DNA of 51,654 nucleotides from positions 1 to 51,654 of the forward strand of contig JACQVI010000221.1 in the NCBI GenBank assembly GCA_016209795.1, read 5' to 3'. Below the pieces are notes generated by a model. It made no database searches. It was given only the letters and a program-made list of their open reading frames with translations, and was not told the DNA's origin. Below are positions 1-9,650 of the stretch, piece by piece (position 1 is the stretch's first letter; every line of letters begins with the position of its first letter). Position numbers and translations under genes: made by a program. The stretch comes from Ignavibacteriota bacterium. Its GTDB lineage: Bacteria; Bacteroidota; Ignavibacteria; UBA10030; SZUA-254.

Positions 1-170
1 ATATTTACATCAGAAATAACTGTTAGTGTTCCATTAGGAGATTTTTACCATAAGTTTTTGTTAAAGGTTTATAGATGCTCGACAACCCCCGTTTAGTGGG
101 GAATTGAAGGCATTGTTGAACGCTGTTGGTAACCTTTGGCAAAGCTTAGTTCGTGTAAACAAAAGTTTAG

Positions 171-209
171 ACCGAATGTCAGGGTTCCGACATTCGGTTT
201 TTTATTTTC
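171..209 (+). terminator. Rho-independent terminator-like hairpin upstream of porU
   Basis: Perfect 10-bp stem ACCGAATGTC (171-180) / GACATTCGGT (189-198) with an 8-nt loop, followed directly by TTTTTATTTT (199-208). Frame 1 is open from nt 1 to a TAG at 91-93, so this may terminate a + strand gene that ends just inside the window. Confidence 0.65.
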
Positions 210-221
210 TAAAAGAAACTC

Positions 222-3200
222 GTGCATACCGCACCCCAACATAATATCCTTCTGCTCTTGATAGTACTTACTATCAGTTGTGGATTGCTCCAAGTCTTTG
301 GATCAGAAGAACAGCCTGTAGATGTGAAGGTTCGCCTATCTACTGCGCAAGAACTTATTCTTGAATACTATCCTGTGTATCAGAACCCCCAGCAAGTGAT
401 TTCACAGGGGAATGAATTCACTCGGTATTATTTTGAAGGTGGTCGACAAGAGGAAAATCAACCGCAAGGTTCGCCGGAAATCTTTTTGCGTTCTCTCCTC
501 TTAAACTTTCCTGGGACTAGTAACAACAGTGTCGAGGTCACCACCGTCGATTATGAAGATATTCCTAACATCATGCTTGTCCCTGTGCCGATGCTTCGAG
601 GTGGGGAGTTGGGTCCTGTCCTGGAGTACAGTCCTGATGCAACACATTACGGGCACGCAGGCTTTCTTCCGCAAAACATAGCTGCTCTTGCAAATATTGG
701 GGAAGCAAGAGGAGTCTTTCTTGGGGAACTTCGCTTATATCCTTTGCAATATGATCCTGCTCTCCGCACACTGCGGAAGTATACTCGTATTGTTGTGAGA
801 GTGAGATTTGGTGAGAGAGAAACACCGACCGTACAGCCAGATCGATCAATAGTTGGTTTATCGTTAAATAAAGAAGCATTCGAGGTAAGTCAAATTCCTG
901 TTGCAGTGTCCAAGCAGAAAGCTTTGCGCAATAGTGTTCTTAGTAGTGGACCTTGGTTCCGTTTGACCGTGAGTGAGGATGGAATCTACAAACTCACCGG
1001 GCAAACATTGTTGAATGCTGGAATTCCTTCTTCAACAGATCCGCACACTATTCAGATCTATGGTAATGGAGGATTTGAAACACCCTCCGATGTCAATGCT
1101 CCATATATCGATGATCTTCTGGCAAACGCAGTCTACGTCCATGATGAGGGAAATGCACGGCAGCTCGATGCCAGCGATTACATCATTTTTTATGGCAAAG
1201 GGACTCGTGGATGGAAATATAACCCAAGTAACAAAACGTTTAGCCACTACATCAATCATTTTACGGAGACAAATGTGTACTGGCTGACGTACGGAACAGC
1301 ACCGAGCAAGATGATGGCTGAAGTTTCTTCGCTCTCAGATAATGTGTTCTTTCAACCATCGACGGTGCAAGGCAAGCTCTTTCGTGAGGATGATAAGGTT
1401 AATATTCTTTCCTCGGGCCAAGAGTGGCTGGGGCAAGTGTTTAATGTGGGGGATCAAATAACTTACGTGCATCCCCTACCGGGATTGGATGTCACTCAGC
1501 CAATCCGTTATAAATTTCACGTTGGTGCTCGCTCACGGGGGTTTTCGACGTTTGACATCTACGAACATTCACAGCGTCTCTTAACCACTCCATCTATTCC
1601 AGGAGTCAATGTTGGAGATTATACGCTTCAGTTTGCAGAGACTTCTCCGCGGGAATTGCAGATTTCTCAGATTCCAACTTTTAATGATGGTCAAAGCCAT
1701 TTACGCTTTGCATTCAATTCGACAAATTCAACCGGCAACGGTTATATCGATTGGTATGAGATTTTTTATAGACAACATCTCGTAGCACAAAGCGATGTCT
1801 TCAGCTTTCATTCTGATGATACGACTGCTATTGTGGAATATAATGTAACCGGATTTACTGGTGGGGGAGTGCTCGTCTTTGATGTGACACGATTTGATAG
1901 TGTATTCAGGATTGTCAATGTCCGTCTCTCTGCAGACTCGTGTAGTTTTAAGGTTGCATTAAATGCAGGTTCTGTCAGAGAGTTCTATGTCGTTGGACCG
2001 AATGGCTTCAAAACACCCGGGGTGTTAACCCGAGTTACAAATCAGAATCTTCATGGAGATATAACGGAGGTTCAGTATGTCATCATTACACATCCAGATT
2101 TTATGGATGCTGCACGACGGCTGAAGAATTTCCGTGAACAACCAGGAGACCAGTTTCTTAGCACGATTGTCGTCGATGTCAATCAGATTTACAATGAGTT
2201 TGGGGGCGGCTTACAATCTCCTATGGCAGTTCGGAATTACCTTCGCTACATCTACACAAATTGGTCATCACCTCCGAAGTATGTTTTGTTGTTTGGCGAT
2301 GGTGATTACGACTATAAGCGTATTACTGCAACGGGAACAAACTGGATGCCTCCTTGGGAGACGCCTAATTCATTCTACCCCCTTAGCTCCTATGCCACCG
2401 ATGACGATTTTGTCAATCTGACGAATGACTTACGTATTGACATTGCCGTTGGGAGGCTCACAGCCCGTTCGCCTCAGGAAGCCAATACGATGGTTGATAA
2501 GATTATTGAGTATGAATCGAGTCCTGTCCAAGATCCGTGGAAACTTCGAAGTACTTTCGTTGCGGATGATGGTCTTCAAGGCCTTAATCCTAATGGTACT
2601 ATTGCGAATGATGGATTTATTCATATATGCCAAGTCGAAGGCTCGCCGGAGTGTGGTTATTATGCAGGAAGGGGAATATCACAATTAGTTCCAACCATGT
2701 TTGAGAAAAGAAAAATTTATCTCTATGAATATCCAACAGTCTATGCTGCCGCCGGACGAAGAAAACCAGATGTCAACATTGCAATCCGAAATCAAATCAA
2801 TCAAGGGACGCTGATTCTGAATTTTACAGGGCACGGCAATCCACGTGTCTGGGCACATGAAAATGTCTTTGTCCGCGAAGCTGATTTTCCGCTGCTTACA
2901 AACAAAGGAAAATACTTCTTCCTTGTCGCTGCAACATGCAATTATTCGCATTTCGATATATTAAGTGAACAGAGTGGTAGTGAAATGTTGGTTGCTATGC
3001 AAGATGCAGGAGCAATTGCTGTAGTATCAGCGACTCGAGCAGTCTATGCAGACCCAAATCACGTTTTAAATTTAACATTGTATCGTCATCTTTTTCAAAC
3101 GGACACTCAAGGCAAACTCTTGACGCCTCGATTAGGGGATGCTTGGTATAGTACTAAACAATCTCTCACCAGTGATAACGACCGAAAGTTTTTCCTTTTA

Positions 3201-4295
3201 GGTGATCCAGCGCTTCGCATTGGTTTTCCAAAACTCTATGCCACAATTGACAGCATCAACCGAGTATCGACCAGTCAGGTTGTGCAGCTTCAGGCGTTGA
3301 GCCGGGCATCCGTCTCTGCAACGGTACGTGACTCACAATCCAATCAAGGTGGAGGTTATTCTGGTAATGCTGAGCTTGTTGTCTATGATGCCGATAGAAC
3401 AATTCAAATCAACGATCCACTTTCAGGCATTTTTACGTACAAGACACGGGGTGAAATTCTGTTCCGAGGACAACATACGATTCAAGATGGCTTAATGAAT
3501 GCGAATTTTGTAATTCCCAAAGACATATCGTATAACAACGATTTCGGCCGGATGACACTCTACTTCTCGAATTCAACAATCGATGGTGCTGGGTATTCAA
3601 CAAGTTTTCGCGTAGGAGGTACAGATACCACTGCAGCCCCCGATGCCAAAGGACCGGAAATCCAGTTATACCTTGATCGGCGTGACTTTCGATCGGGAGA
3701 CGTGGTAAGTGAATCACCACTTCTTATTGCCGAGCTATTTGATACCAGTGGTATTAACACCTCAGGTGCTAGTGTAGGTCATCGTCTCGAAGCGTGGACG
3801 GACGATTCCCCACAAGGTATCAATCTGAATGATTACTACAAAAGCAAATTAGATACGTACCAGGAAGGTACTGTTGAGTATCCTTTGGGCACTCTTTCTC
3901 CGGGAACTCATAAATTACGTATGCGTGCATGGGATACCTTCAATAATTCGTCAACTGAAGAAACTGTGTTTGATGTTGTTACGAGTATTGGCTTACGCTT
4001 ATCCAATGTGTACAATTATCCCAATCCGTTCACGTCGTTGACAGTCTTTACATTTGAACACAATCAGGTTTTAGTGATAGATACTGAGGTGAAAATTTAC
4101 ACCGTAGCTGGTCGATTAATCCATGCTTTGAAGATGCCTAATGTTACTACACCATTTGTTCAAATTCCTTGGGACGGGCGTGACAGAGATGGTGATCTTG
4201 TTGCTAATGGCATTTATCTGTATAAGGTGATTGCAAAAACGCAAGATGGTAGATTTTCGAGTGAAGCGTTAGGAAAACTGAGTGTTTTACGGTGA
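222..4295 (+). CDS. porU: T9SS C-terminal signal peptidase PorU (gingipain/C25-like cysteine peptidase fold)
   Basis: 1357-aa ORF with a hydrophobic N-terminal signal-like segment (ILLLLIVLTISCGLLQVFG). C25-type motifs are VIITHPDF, YVLLFGDGDYDY, LNFTGHGNP (His) and FFLVAATCNYSHFD (Cys). The C-terminus NYPNPFTS...GIYLYKVIAK is typical of a T9SS sorting domain. porV lies immediately downstream. The start is a GTG at 222 and is not certain. Confidence 0.85.
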   Translation: MHTAPQHNILLLLIVLTISCGLLQVFGSEEQPVDVKVRLSTAQELILEYYPVYQNPQQVISQGNEFTRYYFEGGRQEENQPQGSPEIFLRSLLLNFPGTSNNSVEVTTVDYEDIPNIMLVPVPMLRGGELGPVLEYSPDATHYGHAGFLPQNIAALANIGEARGVFLGELRLYPLQYDPALRTLRKYTRIVVRVRFGERETPTVQPDRSIVGLSLNKEAFEVSQIPVAVSKQKALRNSVLSSGPWFRLTVSEDGIYKLTGQTLLNAGIPSSTDPHTIQIYGNGGFETPSDVNAPYIDDLLANAVYVHDEGNARQLDASDYIIFYGKGTRGWKYNPSNKTFSHYINHFTETNVYWLTYGTAPSKMMAEVSSLSDNVFFQPSTVQGKLFREDDKVNILSSGQEWLGQVFNVGDQITYVHPLPGLDVTQPIRYKFHVGARSRGFSTFDIYEHSQRLLTTPSIPGVNVGDYTLQFAETSPRELQISQIPTFNDGQSHLRFAFNSTNSTGNGYIDWYEIFYRQHLVAQSDVFSFHSDDTTAIVEYNVTGFTGGGVLVFDVTRFDSVFRIVNVRLSADSCSFKVALNAGSVREFYVVGPNGFKTPGVLTRVTNQNLHGDITEVQYVIITHPDFMDAARRLKNFREQPGDQFLSTIVVDVNQIYNEFGGGLQSPMAVRNYLRYIYTNWSSPPKYVLLFGDGDYDYKRITATGTNWMPPWETPNSFYPLSSYATDDDFVNLTNDLRIDIAVGRLTARSPQEANTMVDKIIEYESSPVQDPWKLRSTFVADDGLQGLNPNGTIANDGFIHICQVEGSPECGYYAGRGISQLVPTMFEKRKIYLYEYPTVYAAAGRRKPDVNIAIRNQINQGTLILNFTGHGNPRVWAHENVFVREADFPLLTNKGKYFFLVAATCNYSHFDILSEQSGSEMLVAMQDAGAIAVVSATRAVYADPNHVLNLTLYRHLFQTDTQGKLLTPRLGDAWYSTKQSLTSDNDRKFFLLGDPALRIGFPKLYATIDSINRVSTSQVVQLQALSRASVSATVRDSQSNQGGGYSGNAELVVYDADRTIQINDPLSGIFTYKTRGEILFRGQHTIQDGLMNANFVIPKDISYNNDFGRMTLYFSNSTIDGAGYSTSFRVGGTDTTAAPDAKGPEIQLYLDRRDFRSGDVVSESPLLIAELFDTSGINTSGASVGHRLEAWTDDSPQGINLNDYYKSKLDTYQEGTVEYPLGTLSPGTHKLRMRAWDTFNNSSTEETVFDVVTSIGLRLSNVYNYPNPFTSLTVFTFEHNQVLVIDTEVKIYTVAGRLIHALKMPNVTTPFVQIPWDGRDRDGDLVANGIYLYKVIAKTQDGRFSSEALGKLSVLR

Positions 4296-4321
4296 CGAGG
4301 AAAAAACCCTGAATTCATAAG

Positions 4322-4350
4322 TTGATTCTCATCGTAAAATGTGGTACATT
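4322..4350 (+). promoter_or_regulatory. Sigma70-like promoter candidate for porV
   Basis: TTGATT (4322-4327), 17-nt spacer ending in TGG, then TACATT (4345-4350), about 70 nt upstream of the porV ATG. FCB promoters may follow a different consensus, so this is weak. Confidence 0.3.
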
Positions 4351-4418
4351 ATAGTCCCCAGATTCCAGAGTTGTTTAATTCATCAATTCATTCGTTTTAT
4401 TTCAGAAGGAATATTGTT

Positions 4419-5573
4419 ATGAGAAAAAAGAAAAGGAGAGTATTCTCCATGATAGCGATTGCTTTTATGCTTGTTGTCGTCATAATTCCACAGGCACTAA
4501 AGGCTCAAGGTGAATCGGCAGTACCATTTCTGCTGATTGCGCCAAATGCACGAGCAGATGGCATGGGTGAAGCGGGTGCAGCACTTTCAGATGATGCATC
4601 GGCTGCATTCTGGAATCCTGCCGGGTTGGCGTTCCTGCGTGGTCAGGAAATCAGCATTACGCATTCCAACTGGCTGCCGGCATTCCAGCAATCGGATTTA
4701 TTCTACGATTTCGTGGCGTATCGCAATCATGTCGATAGCTGGGGCGGTGCAATTTCTGCTAGTGTTACCTATCTCAGCCTTGGTGAGTTTGTGATTACTG
4801 ATGAGACCGGTCCAGAACCTTTGGGGACATTCAAAGGTTACGAAGTGGCTGTCACTGGTGGCTATGCGACAAAGCTCTTTAGCGATCTTGGAGTCGGACT
4901 GAATTTGCGCTATATCCGCAGTGCACTTGCACCAATTGAAGTGCAAGAACAGGGACGCAAAGGCATAGCCTCCACTGTCAGCTTTGATATCGCGACACTC
5001 TGGAAACCATCCTCACTGTTTGGATTGCACAATCTCACTGACCGTTTCAGCGTTGGTGTGAATCTCTCAAATCTTGGACCGAAGATGACCTACATCGATG
5101 CAAAGCAAGCAGATCCCTTGCCGACCAATCTCAGGTTGGGTTTTGGAGTGGGTGTGTTGAAAACTGAATTCAACAACCTCAACTTCGTTCTTGATTTCAA
5201 TCGACTTCTTGTACGGCGTCATCCGGCACCGACGGACTCCGCAGGCAACGAAATTGGCGATCCGCCACCACCTGATAATCTTCCCAAATCACTCATCACT
5301 GCATGGGGAGATGGTGACGTAAAGAAGGTAAACATTGCAACAGGCGTTGAGTACTGGTATGGTAATCCGAAACTGATTGCACTCCGCTTTGGGTATTTCT
5401 ATGAACACCCGCAATATGGCAATAGGAAATTCATGACGTTCGGCGCGGGGATTCGCTACGATGTGTATGGCTTTGATTTCAGCTACCTCTCTGCCATTGA
5501 AGAAAATCATCCCCTTGCTGAAACATTGCGTTTTTCACTTCTCATTGCTTGGGGTGGAACGCAACAACAATGA
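4419..5573 (+). CDS. porV: T9SS outer-membrane shuttle/channel protein PorV (LptO)
   Basis: From the ATG at 4419 the product starts MRKKKRRVFSMIAIAFMLVVV (signal peptide). It continues AVPFLLIAPNARADGMGEAGAALSDDASAAFWNPAGLAF, the characteristic PorV N-terminal motif, and the rest is beta-barrel-like. The track start at 4341 lies in the putative promoter and adds a non-signal extension. Confidence 0.85.
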   Translation: MRKKKRRVFSMIAIAFMLVVVIIPQALKAQGESAVPFLLIAPNARADGMGEAGAALSDDASAAFWNPAGLAFLRGQEISITHSNWLPAFQQSDLFYDFVAYRNHVDSWGGAISASVTYLSLGEFVITDETGPEPLGTFKGYEVAVTGGYATKLFSDLGVGLNLRYIRSALAPIEVQEQGRKGIASTVSFDIATLWKPSSLFGLHNLTDRFSVGVNLSNLGPKMTYIDAKQADPLPTNLRLGFGVGVLKTEFNNLNFVLDFNRLLVRRHPAPTDSAGNEIGDPPPPDNLPKSLITAWGDGDVKKVNIATGVEYWYGNPKLIALRFGYFYEHPQYGNRKFMTFGAGIRYDVYGFDFSYLSAIEENHPLAETLRFSLLIAWGGTQQQ

Positions 5574-5592
5574 TCGAATTCTGAAGCTTGAA

Positions 5593-5635
5593 AGATTGCG
5601 CGTATGGTCGAGAACACATAGACTGCGCGCAATCT
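5593..5635 (+). terminator. GC-rich stem-loop between porV and the next gene (weak terminator or processing site)
   Basis: Perfect 10-bp stem AGATTGCGCG (5593-5602) / CGCGCAATCT (5626-5635) with a 23-nt loop. No clear U-tract follows. Confidence 0.3.
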
Positions 5636-5708
5636 GCTTCTCATCTCACCATTCCTGACGACAGTCGCATCATGCATTTTCCACTCATCCAGTAGTTCAT
5701 TTACTCAT

Positions 5709-8700
5709 GTGAACGTTTTGAATCGCTTAACGATCATTACACTCTTTGCATTGTTGACAGTTGCAGGTTTTGCTCAAGAACACAGGCAGCCACTCTTCAG
5801 CCATCCGCTGGTGCTTGATAACAGTTCCAGTGTAGTGATTAACCGTTTATCTGTATCTCAATCGATTCCGGAAACCTTACGTATCCTTGTCGCAATGATT
5901 GCATTCAAGGAGGATAACGATTCCCGAACGACGGGCAACGGGAGTTTTGAAATGACAACGCCCGCAAGAACAATCATCGATCCGCCGCCGCATGACCGAG
6001 CCTACGTCCAGCAGCACATAACGTTTGTGGAGAATTACTTTCGGAAGGTCTCCGATGGCAAAATGATTATTCAGGCGACGGTGTTGGATAGTGTCTATCG
6101 TCTTGCCGATTCAATGCGTGCCTATAGCCCGCCTCGAACAAGCACCAACAACATCGAGCTTGGGCGACTGATGCATGACGCATGGCGATTGGTTGATTCT
6201 CTGACGCCTGGTATCCTCTATGACCAATATCGTGCATACATCATCTTCCATGCGGGGGTGGGGAGAGATGTTGATCTCACCAGTCTTTATGGATTCGATC
6301 CAACGCCCTTTGACATCCCATCGGTCTATCTGACCTTAGCAAGCCTGCGGAACATGTTTGGAGATTCGTATCAAGGTGTGCCGGTACGAGACAGTGCGTT
6401 CTTCATAACGAATTCCATGATCATTCCTGAAACTGAGTCTCGTGAGCTTCAAACGGTCACAGGCACAGTGCTGTTGCAGCTTGGCATTAACGGACTGCTT
6501 GTAGCAAGCGTTGGGAGTCATCTGGGCTTGCCGGACTTGTTCAACACGAAGACAGGTCGTTCAGGCATCGGGCGATTTGGATTGATGGATGGACAATCAA
6601 TTTTCAGTTGGAGCGGAATCTTTCCGCCTGAGCCGTCGGCGTGGGAGAAATATTTTTTGGGATGGGTTGATCCTGTGACACTTTCAAGTGGAGATAGCGT
6701 GTACAGTTTGCCAGCCGTGAGTCGGACAGCGAATGGTGATTCAATCTACCGTGTCCTCATCAGTGCAAGGGAATATTTCCTCGTTGAAAACCGCAATCGT
6801 GACGCTAACCGGGATGGAGCAACGGTAACGATGATTATCAACGGCGATACGGTTGTCAGGACATGGCGGCAGGATACGCTTGGCTTCAATGCCTTTAACC
6901 AAGATTCCTTGGCTGGCGTGATCATTGATGTGGATGAGTTTGATTGGAGTTTGCCCGGAGGGACGAACATTCGAACAGGGGAATGGTTCGACGGCGGCAT
7001 TCTCGTCTGGCACATCGATGAGAATGTGATCGATGCAAACTACGCAACAAACACCGTCAACGCCGATCCTGATCGTCGGGGCGTTGACCTTGAAGAAGCC
7101 GATGGCTCGCAAGATATAGGGCAGTCGTATGGCTTCCTCGATCCCGGCTCTGGCAGCGAGGATGGCACGCAGTTAGATTTTTGGTACGCAGGGAATAAAG
7201 CACCAATATACAAAAACGAGTTCACACTTACCACGCATCCTAACAGTCTGAGCAACGATTTCGCAAACAGCCATGTGTATATTAAAGAGTTCTCTGCCCG
7301 CGCACCGAGGATGACGGCAAGGATACAGGTGGGAGATGGACAAATTCAACAACTGTTAACATTCCCCAAATATATCGGGAGAACTGTTGGCTCGAATTCT
7401 ATTGCAATGATGAGTGGTTCTGGCATAAGCGAATCGGTTTTGAGTGTTGCTACTCTCTCTCTGAGTGAAATGAATCTTTTGCTTGGGCAGTCTCCTTCAC
7501 AAAATATTCGAGGCTCTGCGTTGTATGCTTGGCATATCGATGGGACAGCTTTCAAGGGGCTTTTTTCATCTGGTTTAATTGATTCTATTTTTCCAGCCCC
7601 TCTCGTTCAATACGAATTTGTAGGTTCACCTGTAATCGGTAAATTTGATAATGACACGAGTGTAGATATAGCTGTTGCCATCAATCAAGGAAGCTATCCG
7701 TCCTTACAGAGTCTTTCACTGAATGATGCCGATGGTGATAGCTTGGCAGATCAACTCTTTAATTTAATTTCAGTATTCCGAATGACTTCATCTCTCGTTT
7801 TGAGTGATAGCTTTTTGGTTATCGGGAAAGAATATAGTGGAGTATTGGCACTTTCAAGAAATGGAACGTTTTCGGTGGATCAACGATTGGACCCGAACGA
7901 TACCAACCGCACCGTTGGTATAAATGTTTGGAAACAACCAAATGAGTTCATTACTGTTTCAGGGAATGGCACTGTCAGAACTATAAAAATTCTATCAGCT
8001 GGAATTGTAATTTCAATTGAAAAAGATTTTTCTAAGGAAATGAGCTCGTCTTCTATCGCTGGGAGTATCTCTTCAATCCTTAGCAAACGCATTGCCTTCG
8101 CTTCGATAGATGGCTACGTCTATCTCGTCGACAGCGCGTTAAATGTTTCAGCGGGTTTTCCAATTTCAACGGGTGGTGAAATCCTCAATTCCCCCGCTCT
8201 CGCCGATATCGATGGCGATGGTCAGAAAGATATCATCGTCTTTAGCTCAAACAGAATTTATGCAATCAACGCTGCTGGGGCAGTCCTTGATAATTTCCCG
8301 ATAACCGTGGCAACTGACAAAACAATCCTTACATCTCCCATCGTTGCTGATATTGATGGGAACGGAACCGTCGATATTATTGCCGTGACACAGGAAGGTT
8401 TGGTCGTTGCGTACGATAAGACAGGGAAGATGGCAAATGGGTTTCCTATTCTTGCTGGTATAAACGATGGTTCAACACCAGCAGCATTTGCAATCGAAAC
8501 TGATTGCTTGAGCTGTCCAATTGGGATTGGTCTCGCAGTTGCTTCAGACGATGGGAACGTCTATGCGTGGCGAACCGGCTCTGTGCCTTCAATGGAAGGT
8601 CCTGGGGTTCTGTTGCCCTGGCCCCAATACATGCACGATGCACAGAATACTGGTTTGGATGAATCAACCTTACCGCTCAATCCAAGAAGCAACGAGTTTT

Positions 8701-8987
8701 TTCCTGCATCGCTTGCCTACAACTGGCCCAATCCGGTCGGTCCCGAGCAGGGCTTCAAAACGCATATCCGCTATTTCGTTCGCGAGAATGCAGAGGTCAC
8801 GATCAAAATCTTTGATCTTGCTGGTGACCTTGTTACAGAATTTAAAGATCTCGGTATCGGTGGGTTAGATAATGAAGTAGAGTGGGATGTTTCCAATGTC
8901 CAGAGCGGAGTCTACTTCGCCCACATCGAAGCGCAGGGAACTGGTGTTCGTGGTGTTGCCGTTATTAAGATAGCAGTTGTGAAGTGA
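5709..8987 (+). CDS. Secreted T9SS-cargo protein: M6 (immune inhibitor A)-like domain lacking HExxH, FG-GAP/VCBS-like repeats, T9SS C-terminal domain
   Basis: Signal peptide MNVLNRLTIITLFALLTVAGFAQ. M6-domain-like blocks: IIFHAGVGRD, SHLGLPDLFNT, AWEKYFLGWVDP, YFLVENRNRD, GILVWHIDENV, GVDLEEADGSQDIG, THPNS. FG-GAP-like ADIDGDGQKDIIVFS and ADIDGNGTVDIIAVT. C-terminal NWPNPV...GVYFAHIEAQ sorting domain. Confidence 0.75.
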   Translation: MNVLNRLTIITLFALLTVAGFAQEHRQPLFSHPLVLDNSSSVVINRLSVSQSIPETLRILVAMIAFKEDNDSRTTGNGSFEMTTPARTIIDPPPHDRAYVQQHITFVENYFRKVSDGKMIIQATVLDSVYRLADSMRAYSPPRTSTNNIELGRLMHDAWRLVDSLTPGILYDQYRAYIIFHAGVGRDVDLTSLYGFDPTPFDIPSVYLTLASLRNMFGDSYQGVPVRDSAFFITNSMIIPETESRELQTVTGTVLLQLGINGLLVASVGSHLGLPDLFNTKTGRSGIGRFGLMDGQSIFSWSGIFPPEPSAWEKYFLGWVDPVTLSSGDSVYSLPAVSRTANGDSIYRVLISAREYFLVENRNRDANRDGATVTMIINGDTVVRTWRQDTLGFNAFNQDSLAGVIIDVDEFDWSLPGGTNIRTGEWFDGGILVWHIDENVIDANYATNTVNADPDRRGVDLEEADGSQDIGQSYGFLDPGSGSEDGTQLDFWYAGNKAPIYKNEFTLTTHPNSLSNDFANSHVYIKEFSARAPRMTARIQVGDGQIQQLLTFPKYIGRTVGSNSIAMMSGSGISESVLSVATLSLSEMNLLLGQSPSQNIRGSALYAWHIDGTAFKGLFSSGLIDSIFPAPLVQYEFVGSPVIGKFDNDTSVDIAVAINQGSYPSLQSLSLNDADGDSLADQLFNLISVFRMTSSLVLSDSFLVIGKEYSGVLALSRNGTFSVDQRLDPNDTNRTVGINVWKQPNEFITVSGNGTVRTIKILSAGIVISIEKDFSKEMSSSSIAGSISSILSKRIAFASIDGYVYLVDSALNVSAGFPISTGGEILNSPALADIDGDGQKDIIVFSSNRIYAINAAGAVLDNFPITVATDKTILTSPIVADIDGNGTVDIIAVTQEGLVVAYDKTGKMANGFPILAGINDGSTPAAFAIETDCLSCPIGIGLAVASDDGNVYAWRTGSVPSMEGPGVLLPWPQYMHDAQNTGLDESTLPLNPRSNEFFPASLAYNWPNPVGPEQGFKTHIRYFVRENAEVTIKIFDLAGDLVTEFKDLGIGGLDNEVEWDVSNVQSGVYFAHIEAQGTGVRGVAVIKIAVVK

Positions 8988-8996
8988 GGTACTCCT

Positions 8997-9650
8997 GTGC
9001 GGTACTGTTTTTTTATATTGGCATGTCTTGCAATTGTTTCGTGTCGGGATATCCAGCCGTTTGAAGCAGAACTCACCGTTAAGGGATATCAAATTAATGG
9101 GACGGTGACGACTGAAAACGGTGTTCCACTCGATAGTGTCCAAGTCATTCTTTATTACAATTATAATCTTATGGGAACGACTCCAATTGATACTGTGCAA
9201 GTGTACCTGACCGATCTAACACAAGTTGTAGATGTTGCTGTCTACACACCACGATTCGAGTTTGTGCGTCAACTGTGCTTGAATTGTCTTGATACCGTAG
9301 GACCGGTTCCGCGTTTTCAGTGGAACGGAAGAGACAACAGCGGCAGGATGTGTCCGAGTGGTAAGTACTTGATACGCTATGTTATCGATAACGTCATTGT
9401 GAAAGATTCTCCATTGATTCTTGAGGGACGAACCACAGCTATGACTGATGCAGATGGACGCTTTACGATTACGAATGATCGATTGCCCATTGGTGAAGTC
9501 GTTGATCGGTACGACTCGAATGATCAATATCTCGGTACGTTTGAAGTGACACCGACGGTTGAGCTTCTGTTTAATAAATTTGCACTTTATGTACCCTATT
9601 CCCTTATTGTAACAAAAGATCGAATTACAACTGGTGTGTTTACTCTTTGA
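8997..9650 (+). CDS. Predicted lipoprotein, function unknown (Ig-like/FlgD-Ig-like segment)
   Basis: N-terminus MRYCFFILACLAIVSC has a lipobox-like IVSC. YQINGTVTTENGVPLDSVQV resembles carboxypeptidase-regulatory-like folds. FQWNGRDNSGRMCPSGKYLIRYVI resembles FlgD-Ig-like motifs. GTG start, 9 nt after the upstream stop. Confidence 0.55.
   Translation: MRYCFFILACLAIVSCRDIQPFEAELTVKGYQINGTVTTENGVPLDSVQVILYYNYNLMGTTPIDTVQVYLTDLTQVVDVAVYTPRFEFVRQLCLNCLDTVGPVPRFQWNGRDNSGRMCPSGKYLIRYVIDNVIVKDSPLILEGRTTAMTDADGRFTITNDRLPIGEVVDRYDSNDQYLGTFEVTPTVELLFNKFALYVPYSLIVTKDRITTGVFTL

Noticed and set aside
93-293. 66-aa minus-strand ORF spanning the porU start
   Set aside because: It runs through the strong + strand terminator hairpin and overlaps the porU signal-peptide region. 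It has no recognisable motif and is most likely a chance ORF.
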